Shown in pieces: positions 57,020-64,000 of a stretch of DNA of 64,000 bases (its first letter is position 1; each line of letters opens with the position of its first letter). The notes under the pieces are model-generated. The model did not search any database, was not told the origin of the DNA, and worked only from the letters and a program-made list of their open reading frames with translations. A program made the translations under genes and the position numbers. This DNA is from an uncultured delta proteobacterium (lineage in GTDB: Bacteria; Myxococcota; UBA727; VGSZ01): NCBI GenBank assembly GCA_963775425.1, contig CAVZJB010000016.1:736001-800000 (forward strand), read 5' to 3'.

Positions 57020-58852
57020 TCAGCGGACGCTGAGCGCGGCGGCCGTGCCGTCGGGGACGCTCACCCACACGGCGCGGCCGGCGACGTCGTCGAAGCGGGC
57101 GGCGGCGCCGCCGCCGAGCTCGTCGAGGGCCGCGGCGGCGGGGACGACGGCGCCGTCGAGCTCCACGGAGCGCGACGCGGGGTCGGCCATGCGCACGCGC
57201 AGGATCACGCGGCCGGAGACGCCGTCGAGCGTGACCGCGCCGCCGTCGACAGAGACGGTGCCGGTGCTGTCGTCGTCGGCGTGCACGGTGAACGACGTCG
57301 GCGACGGCCCCGGGAAGCACAGCACCGTGAGCGCGTCCGCGAAGGCGCGCGGGTCCTCCGGCGCGAGCGGCGCGAGCGGCGCCAACGCGTCGCTGTCGAC
57401 GACCATGGGCACGATGGCGCCCTCGACGACGTACAGCGGCATGCGGCGCGCCGCGTCGTCGGCCGGCGCCGTGAACGACACCGTGGTCCCGCCGGCGAGC
57501 GCGTCGCCGCCGAGGTCCCACCAGTCGACGTAGCCCGCGCCGTCGTCGCGCACGGGCAACGCCACGTCGCGCGCCGCCCCCGGCGCGAGCAGCGGCGCCA
57601 CGAAGAAGGCGTCGCCGGCGAAGAAGCGGTAGTCGTTCGCCCACTGCTCCGGGCCGTCGCCGACGACGTGCAGCACGGGCACCGCGCCCTCGTTCGCCCG
57701 CGCCCGCGCCGGCGTCTGCAACTGCGCCTCCCGCACCGCCGAGAAGAAGAAGGGCGTGAGCGCGTGGTGCAGCGTTGCCCAGTAGCGATACTGCGCGACG
57801 GTCTCGTCGACGACGGTGGCGTCGCCCGGCACGGTCCACGGCGCCAGGTTCGCCCGCCCGTGCAACTGGAACAGCGGCGTGAGCGCGCTCATGGCCGTCC
57901 AGCGCCAGAACACCTCGGCGTCGAACGGCAGCGACTGACCGGAGCGCTCGTCGAGGTAGCCGCCGATGTCGCTGCCCATCACGGCGTAGCCCGCCTGCGC
58001 GGAGTGGAAGATGTGATCGAGGGCGTCCTGCATGCCGCCCCAGTCGCGGTGTTGATCGCCGACCCAGGTCACGGGCGCGTCGCCCGGGCGCGCGTAGAAG
58101 CGAGGGGCGAAGCCGTAGCTCTCGTCGTACGGCCTCGGCATGATCACGAACTCCTGCGTGCCGGCGGTGCGAACGCCGTTCTCCAGGAAATCCCGGTAGT
58201 AGGCCTCGCTGTACTCCTGCAGCGTCTTCTTCCCCGCCGCGGTGTCGATGGTGTCGCCGGTGACGTACTGCTCGCCGAAGTCGAGCTTGAAGCCGGCGAC
58301 GCCCGCGTCGAGGAGCGACCGCTGCTGCGCGTGCCACCAGGCGCGCGCGTCCTTGTTGAAGAAGTCGACGGCGGCGCCGGTGCCTTTCCACCACAGGTAC
58401 GTGTCGCCGTCGTTGACGAAGTAGTGGTGGTCTTCGCCGTCGATGAAGTTGGCGGCGGCGCCGTCGTAGCTGTCGCCGCCCTGCTCGATGTCGAAGCTCG
58501 ACTCGTTCACCATCTGCGTGGTCCACAGGACGGTGCGGATGCCCTCGGCGCGCCAGTCGGCGACCATCTGCGCGAAGCCGGGGTAGCGGCCCTCGTTGGG
58601 GATGAACGTGTTGTAGTTGGTCTCCCAGGGCGAATCGAGCACGGCGACGCCGACGGGGATGTCGCGCTCCTGAAAGCCCGCGATGAATTCCTGCATGTCG
58701 TCGCCGGTGGAGATGTCCTTGGAGATCCACGGCTCGAAGGCCCAGCGCGGCGTGAACAGCGGGACGTCGGCGGCGGCGGCGCCCTTCTTCTCGGCGGGGG
58801 CGCACCCGAGGGCGCACGACACGGCGACGGCGGCGGCGAGGACGAAGCGCAT
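57020..58852 (-). CDS. Glycoside hydrolase family 31 lipoprotein
   Basis: Lipobox ALGC; LDSPW, VDFFN..ARAWW, GFKLDFGE, WVGD, GSDIGG. Confidence 0.88.
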   Translation of the reverse strand: MRFVLAAAVAVSCALGCAPAEKKGAAAADVPLFTPRWAFEPWISKDISTGDDMQEFIAGFQERDIPVGVAVLDSPWETNYNTFIPNEGRYPGFAQMVADWRAEGIRTVLWTTQMVNESSFDIEQGGDSYDGAAANFIDGEDHHYFVNDGDTYLWWKGTGAAVDFFNKDARAWWHAQQRSLLDAGVAGFKLDFGEQYVTGDTIDTAAGKKTLQEYSEAYYRDFLENGVRTAGTQEFVIMPRPYDESYGFAPRFYARPGDAPVTWVGDQHRDWGGMQDALDHIFHSAQAGYAVMGSDIGGYLDERSGQSLPFDAEVFWRWTAMSALTPLFQLHGRANLAPWTVPGDATVVDETVAQYRYWATLHHALTPFFFSAVREAQLQTPARARANEGAVPVLHVVGDGPEQWANDYRFFAGDAFFVAPLLAPGAARDVALPVRDDGAGYVDWWDLGGDALAGGTTVSFTAPADDAARRMPLYVVEGAIVPMVVDSDALAPLAPLAPEDPRAFADALTVLCFPGPSPTSFTVHADDDSTGTVSVDGGAVTLDGVSGRVILRVRMADPASRSVELDGAVVPAAAALDELGGGAAARFDDVAGRAVWVSVPDGTAAALSVR

Positions 58853-59042
58853 CTCGCGATGCTCGCGCGCGCGCCCGAGGGCGCAAGAGGGCCGCGCGAG
58901 AAACGCGCACTTGCAGTCAGGGCTGCCGGTCGTCGGCGGCGGTGGTCGCCGGCGCCGCGACCGTGATCCGCACGCGTTCGCCCGACACGCGCACGCTTGC
59001 CCCTCCCGTTGCGCGCCCGGAGCGCCGGACTAGCATCGCCTC

Positions 59043-60137
59043 GTGCCCCTCGGCCCCCTCCCCGTCGTCGACGACGCCCGCTTCGCGCCCGCCCCCGAGC
59101 GCGCCGCGCCGCCGTCGTTGTGGGCGCTGTTGCCGGAGGATCTCGCGCGCCTCGGCCACCGCGGCGACCCGGGCGCGCTCTTCTCCCGCATCCAGCGCGT
59201 CGCCGCGTGGGAAGGCGGCGCCCCCGCCGTCGGCCGCGCCGCCCGCGCGCTGCTGGCGTCGTGCGACGCGTCGCTGCCGCGCATCACCGAGCGGCACGGC
59301 GCCGCCGACGGCGCCACGCGCGTCGTGCTCGACGTCGACGGCGCCGCCGCGGCGCGCGTGGAGTGCGTCCACATGCCCCGCGCGGTGAAGAACCCCCGCG
59401 TGACCTTCTGTGTCTCGTCGCAGGTGGGCTGCGCCATGGGCTGCACCTTCTGCGCGACGGGCACCATGGGCATCGTGCGCAACCTGTCCGCCGGCGAGAT
59501 CGTCGGCGAGGTGCTCGCGCTCATGCACGCCCTCGGGCCGCGCACGGGCCACGCGCTCAACCTCGTGTTCATGGGCATGGGCGAGCCGCTGCACAACCTC
59601 GACCACGTCGCCCGCGCCGTCGAGGTGCTCTGCCACCCGCGAGGCGTGGGCATGAGCCCCAACCGCATCACGGTGTCGACGTCGGGGCTCGTGCCCGGCA
59701 TCGATCGCCTCGCGCGCTTGAAGGTGCGCCCGCTGCTCGCGCTCTCGGTGAACGCCACCACCGACGCCGCGCGCTCGCGCATCATGCCGGTCAACCGCGC
59801 GTACCCGCTGGCGGCGCTGCGGGCGGCGCTCGAGCGCTTCCCGCTCCGGCGCGCCGAGAAGATCCTCCTCGAGTACGTCCTCCTGCGCGGCGAGAACGAC
59901 ACCGACGACGACGCCCGCCGCCTCGCGGACTTCGCGCGCGGCCTCCGGCACAACGTCAACGTCATCCCGCTCAACGAGCACGACGGCACCGCCCACCGCG
60001 CGCCCGACGACGACCACGTGATGCGCTTCGCCCGCCGCCTCACCGAGCTCGGCTGCCTGTGCACGGTCCGCAACAACCGCGCCCGCGACGTCCGCGGGGC
60101 CTGCGGCCAGCTCGTCACCGCCGACGACGCGCCCTAG
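59043..60137 (+). CDS. rlmN: RlmN/Cfr-family radical SAM RNA methyltransferase
   Basis: CVSSQVGCAMGCTFCATG, VFMGMGEPLHN, TVSTSG, GACGQL; short divergent N-terminus. Confidence 0.8.
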   Translation: MPLGPLPVVDDARFAPAPERAAPPSLWALLPEDLARLGHRGDPGALFSRIQRVAAWEGGAPAVGRAARALLASCDASLPRITERHGAADGATRVVLDVDGAAAARVECVHMPRAVKNPRVTFCVSSQVGCAMGCTFCATGTMGIVRNLSAGEIVGEVLALMHALGPRTGHALNLVFMGMGEPLHNLDHVARAVEVLCHPRGVGMSPNRITVSTSGLVPGIDRLARLKVRPLLALSVNATTDAARSRIMPVNRAYPLAALRAALERFPLRRAEKILLEYVLLRGENDTDDDARRLADFARGLRHNVNVIPLNEHDGTAHRAPDDDHVMRFARRLTELGCLCTVRNNRARDVRGACGQLVTADDAP

Positions 60138-60377
60138 GTCAGCGACGAGTCCCGCGGGGAGCGGACAGCGGGAACGGGAAAAGGCGAGCGGGAGCGTGGA
60201 CGGGCGGCGCGTGCGACTCGCGGTCGCCGGTGACCGCGCACGTGCGCCGCACGCGCTTGCCGTACACGTGACCGCTCCCCGCTCGCCCATCATGCTGAGC
60301 CGCACTACGTGAAGGAGCGCGGCGCGTGGCTGCGCGACGGCAACGAGGCGTGACGGGCGCGCCTGCGGGGCCGCGCC

Positions 60378-61964
60378 CTATGCGCCCACGCGGCGAAAGA
60401 CCACCGTGGTGCCCTCCTCGAAGGCCACCGTCCACGCGGGGCTCGCCCGCAGCTCGTCGACGAGCGCCCGCACGTAGCGCGCGTCGTTCGGCCACGGCGA
60501 CGCGCGCGGATCGAGGATGACGAAGTCGGCGCGGTCGACGAAGCGGCGCTGGGGCTGCCAGATGAACTGACGAAAGGCGAGGTGCGGCAGGAAGTGGTTC
60601 TGCGCCACCACCTTGGCGGCGTCGGGGATGACGGCGAGCGCGCGGCGGTAGCGCGCCACCTCCTCCGGCTTGGCCATGTACGGCTTTTGCAGCGACGAAA
60701 ATTCCGGCGGCGCGGGCGATGCCGCGTTCGACAGCGCGCAGCCGGCGACGACGACGACGGCGGCGGCGACCTCGAACGCGCGCGCGAGCACCGCCGGCGA
60801 CAGCGCGCTCAGGCGCCGCGCGGCGAACGAGAGCACGCGACGCTCGAGGCGCGCGAGCGCGTCGACGGCGCCGAAGGCGAAGCATCCCACCAGGGGGAGC
60901 GAGTAGTGGAAGCCGAGTCCCCACATCTCGCGCTTGTCCGAGAGGAAGCGCGCGGCGAGCGTGGGCGCCGCGAGCAGCAGCGACTGCGGTGACAGGAGCG
61001 GCAGAAACGAGAAGCCGCCGGCGGTGACGGCGAGCGTGCGCGCCTTTTGCGCGGGCGAGAACAGCAAGCCCACGGTGTGCAGCGGGTGCTCCACGATGGA
61101 GCGGGCGATGTCCGCGGGCGACGCGCCGAGCTGCTTGAAGCGCGCGACGTGCATCATGGTGGCGCCGGGCTCGAGGAGCGCCGGCTGGATCACGGCGGTG
61201 ACGACGAAGAACCACGCCATGAAGCCCGCGAAGATGCCCGCGCCCTCGATGCGTCTCTTCCACGTCGCCGTCCCCGGAGGGAACAGCGCGAGCCACAGGC
61301 CGACGGCGGCGGCGTAGACGATGGCCGACTCCTTGGTGCCGGCGAGCACCACGAGCGCGGCGTACGCCCCCACGCGCGCCCACCGCGCGCGGCGGGAGCC
61401 CGGAGCGTCCGCCGCCGTCTCGAGCCCGAGGAGCGCGCAGAACGTCAGCAGCGGGACCGGAGCGGTCTCGTGCACGTCGAACTCGATGAACGTCTGCGTC
61501 CCCACGGCGAAGAGATACGCGAGCGACACGGCGGCGACCGCGAGCGGACCAAGCCCGCGCCGGCGCGCGAGCGCCGCGAGCGGCAGCACCGCCGCGGCCA
61601 CCAGCGCCGCCTGCAGCACCAGCAGCGACGATGTGACGCCCGTCCACGCCAGCGGCGCCGCCAGGTAGAGCGAGGGCATGAAGTGGTTGGTGCCGCCCCA
61701 GAAGTTGGCGTCGCCGAGCACGCTCGACACCGGCGGCTTGGCGTACGCGAGCAGGAAGAGGTTGTGCACATGGCAGCCCATGTCCCACGAGCCGCTGCCG
61801 AAGCGCTCGTGGCGCGCGACGGAGAACACGCAGTAGACGACGAACGCCACGAGCCCGGGGACGCCTGCGGCGAGGAGGACGCGGGCGCCCGCCGCGCCCG
61901 GGCCCGTCGACGTCGAGGGTGTCGACGCAGCGGACGTCGACGAGGGCCGGGAGGTGCTCGTCAC
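60378..61964 (-). CDS. DUF2079-family membrane protein (predicted GT-C glycosyltransferase)
   Basis: RHERFGSGSWDMG, NHFMP, FDVHE, KE, HYS motifs; many TM segments; start either GTG 61964 or ATG 61973. Confidence 0.8.
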   Translation of the reverse strand: MTSTSRPSSTSAASTPSTSTGPGAAGARVLLAAGVPGLVAFVVYCVFSVARHERFGSGSWDMGCHVHNLFLLAYAKPPVSSVLGDANFWGGTNHFMPSLYLAAPLAWTGVTSSLLVLQAALVAAAVLPLAALARRRGLGPLAVAAVSLAYLFAVGTQTFIEFDVHETAPVPLLTFCALLGLETAADAPGSRRARWARVGAYAALVVLAGTKESAIVYAAAVGLWLALFPPGTATWKRRIEGAGIFAGFMAWFFVVTAVIQPALLEPGATMMHVARFKQLGASPADIARSIVEHPLHTVGLLFSPAQKARTLAVTAGGFSFLPLLSPQSLLLAAPTLAARFLSDKREMWGLGFHYSLPLVGCFAFGAVDALARLERRVLSFAARRLSALSPAVLARAFEVAAAVVVVAGCALSNAASPAPPEFSSLQKPYMAKPEEVARYRRALAVIPDAAKVVAQNHFLPHLAFRQFIWQPQRRFVDRADFVILDPRASPWPNDARYVRALVDELRASPAWTVAFEEGTTVVFRRVGA

Positions 61965-61971
61965 GCCCGAC

Positions 61972-61981
61972 ATGCTATCAC
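61972..61981. promoter_or_regulatory. Putative bidirectional overlapping -10 elements
   Basis: TATCAC (+) 6 nt before ATG 61988 and TAGCAT (-) 7 nt before GTG 61964. Confidence 0.45.
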
Positions 61982-61987
61982 CAGGCA

Positions 61988-62980
61988 ATGCGCGTCTCTC
62001 TCGTCGTGCCCTGCTTCAACGAGGCGGAGAACATCCCCCGCCTCATCGAAGAGATCGACGCGGTCATCGGCGAGCACCAGCTCGACGCCGAGGTCATCCT
62101 CGTCGACGACGGCAGCCGCGACGGCACGCGCGACCTCGTGGTCGCCCAGGCCGAGAAGGACCCGCGCTACAAGGCGGTCGTGTTCCGGCGCAACTTCGGG
62201 CAGACCGCCGCCATGGTCGCGGGCATCGACCACGCCGCCGGCGAGGTCATCATCCCGCTCGACGCCGACCTGCAGAACGACCCCGCGGACATCCCGCGCC
62301 TCCTCGCCGAGATCGACAAGGGCTACGACGTCGTCAGCGGCTGGCGGAAGAACCGCCAGGACAAGCTCTTGTCGCGGCGCTTCCCGTCGGTCATCGCCAA
62401 CCGGCTCATCGCGAAGGTCGGCGGGGTCGACATCCACGACTACGGCTGCACGCTCAAGGCGTATCGCAAGAGCGTCATCGAGCACGTGCGCCTCTACGGC
62501 GAGATGCATCGCTTCATCCCGATCTACGCCTCGTGGGCCGGCGGCCGCGTCGCCGAGATCGTCGTCAACCACCGCCCGCGCACCGCCGGCGTATCCAAGT
62601 ACGGCATCGGCCGCACGTTCAAGGTCATCCTCGACCTGCTGACCGTGAAGCTCCTCGGCAGCTACGCCACCAAGCCCATCTACTTCTTCGGCTTCATCGG
62701 CTTCGTGCTGCTGTCGGCGGGCGGCCTGTGCGGGCTCGGCGTCGTCGCCATCAAGCTCGCCGGCATCGTCTGGCAGCACACCTTCTCGCTCGGGCTGCTC
62801 GGCGCGTTCCTCATCCTCGTCGGCATGCAGTCGGTGATGATGGGGCTCCTCGCCGAGCTGCAGGTGCGCACCTACCACGAGAGCCAACAGAAGCCGATCT
62901 ACCTCGTCAAGGAGACCGTCGGGCTCCCCGTCCCCGCGCCGCCGCTGCCGCTCGCGGCCGGCACCGCGAAGCGCGCGTAG
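61988..62980 (+). CDS. Family 2 glycosyltransferase (polyprenyl-phosphate glycosyltransferase, ArnC/DPM1-like)
   Basis: VPCFNE, VDDGSRDGT, RNFGQTAA, LDADLQNDP, two C-terminal TM segments. Confidence 0.92.
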   Translation: MRVSLVVPCFNEAENIPRLIEEIDAVIGEHQLDAEVILVDDGSRDGTRDLVVAQAEKDPRYKAVVFRRNFGQTAAMVAGIDHAAGEVIIPLDADLQNDPADIPRLLAEIDKGYDVVSGWRKNRQDKLLSRRFPSVIANRLIAKVGGVDIHDYGCTLKAYRKSVIEHVRLYGEMHRFIPIYASWAGGRVAEIVVNHRPRTAGVSKYGIGRTFKVILDLLTVKLLGSYATKPIYFFGFIGFVLLSAGGLCGLGVVAIKLAGIVWQHTFSLGLLGAFLILVGMQSVMMGLLAELQVRTYHESQQKPIYLVKETVGLPVPAPPLPLAAGTAKRA

Positions 62981-62997
62981 CCCGGGGGCGCTCCGTC

Positions 62998-64000
62998 GTG
63001 TGCGGCATCGCCGGCCTGATCGAAGCTCCCGGCGCCGCCGTAGACGAGGCCTCGCTCGGCCGCATGGCGGACGCGCTCGTGCACCGCGGCCCCGACGACG
63101 GGCGCACCTGGCGCGGCCCGTCGACGTCGGGCCTCGCGCACGTCGGGCTCGCGCACCGCCGGCTCTCGGTGCTCGACCACCGAGGCGGCGCGCAGCCCAT
63201 GCACGGCAGCGACGTCGTCGTCGTGTTCAACGGACAGATCTACAACCACCTCGCGCTGCGCACCGAGCTCGCCGCGCTCGGCGCCGCGTTCGCCAGCGAC
63301 CACAGCGACACCGAGGTGCTGGTGCACGGCGTCCGCTTCTGGGGCGTGACCGCGGCGCAGGCGTCGAACGGCAACGGCGACGGCGACGCGGCCGCCTCCT
63401 TCTGCGCGCGGCTGTCGGGCATGTTCGCCTTCGCCGCCGTCGACACGCGCCGGCGCACGCTGCTCCTCGCGCGCGATCCCATGGGGCAAAAGCCGCTGTA
63501 CGTCGCCGGCCCCGGCTTCTTCGACGACGGCAAGCCGCGGCTCGCCTTCGCCTCCGAGCTCTCTGCGCTCGAGCGGCTGCCCCGCGCGCGCCGCGCCGTC
63601 GACCCGGCGGCGCTCGCGCGCTACTTCGCCTTCGACTTCGTCCCCGACCCCGACTGCATCTACCAGGGCGTCATCAAGCTCCCTCCCGGAACGCTGCTCG
63701 AGCTCCCCCTCGACGACACGAGCGCCTGGTCCAATCTCGCGGGCCGCGCCCGCCCCTACCGCGCGCTGAGCTTCCTGCGCGGCGCCGCGGCCCTGCCCCG
63801 CACGCACCACGAGCGCGTCGAGCGCCTGCGCGCCGTGCTCGTACAGGCCGTCGCCAAGCGGATGGTGGCCGACGTCCCCGTCGGCATCTTCCTGTCGGGA
63901 GGCGTCGACTCGTCGCTCGTGGCCGCGCTCGCGGCGCGGCGCTCCTCCAAGGTGGAGACGTTTTCGATCGCGTTTCGCGAGGCGAGCTACGACGAGAGCC
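62998..64000 (+). CDS. asnB: Asparagine synthase (glutamine-hydrolysing) family amidotransferase, 3'-partial
   Basis: GTG-CGIAG Ntn N-terminus, HRGPD, HRRL, FNGQIYN, SDTEV, ARDPMGQKPLY, FLSGGVDSS; runs off the window end, so absent from the ORF track. Confidence 0.92.
   Translation, partial: MCGIAGLIEAPGAAVDEASLGRMADALVHRGPDDGRTWRGPSTSGLAHVGLAHRRLSVLDHRGGAQPMHGSDVVVVFNGQIYNHLALRTELAALGAAFASDHSDTEVLVHGVRFWGVTAAQASNGNGDGDAAASFCARLSGMFAFAAVDTRRRTLLLARDPMGQKPLYVAGPGFFDDGKPRLAFASELSALERLPRARRAVDPAALARYFAFDFVPDPDCIYQGVIKLPPGTLLELPLDDTSAWSNLAGRARPYRALSFLRGAAALPRTHHERVERLRAVLVQAVAKRMVADVPVGIFLSGGVDSSLVAALAARRSSKVETFSIAFREASYDES

Noticed and set aside
60138-60377. Possible ncRNA between the convergent rlmN-like and DUF2079 genes
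   Set aside because: Only short GC-rich inverted repeats of the kind expected by chance; no recognisable motif.

Overview
Very GC-rich bacterial chromosomal segment. The gene content (several Hanks-type Ser/Thr kinases, an FHA-GAF sigma-54 activator, PEGA, DUF2330 and Ig-like lipoproteins, a paired ArsA) points to Myxococcota or a related deltaproteobacterial lineage; this is inferred, not tested. Housekeeping genes include fumC, mutS, yhbY, cdd, lon, a long-chain acyl-CoA ligase, an rlmN-like gene, tRNA-Ala(CGC) and a partial asnB. The main feature is a 12-gene complex I-like operon, nuoA-B-C-D-I-H-J-K-L-M-M-N. It has two NuoM subunits, a lengthened NuoL lateral helix, no nuoEFG, a second NuoM lacking the TM7 lysine, and a NuoI with a long Pro-rich tail. 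Other points of interest: a soluble kinase fused to a ribbon-helix-helix domain whose gene contains AT-rich palindromic patches; a 3x158-bp structured intergenic repeat; a 152-bp tandem repeat that re-copies the tRNA 3' end and terminator; repeated signatures of leaderless promoters, one of them apparently bidirectional; and three single-base frameshifts at 52-57 kb. I saw no CRISPR array, transposase, integrase or phage gene. All product calls come from motif recognition by eye, without database searches.
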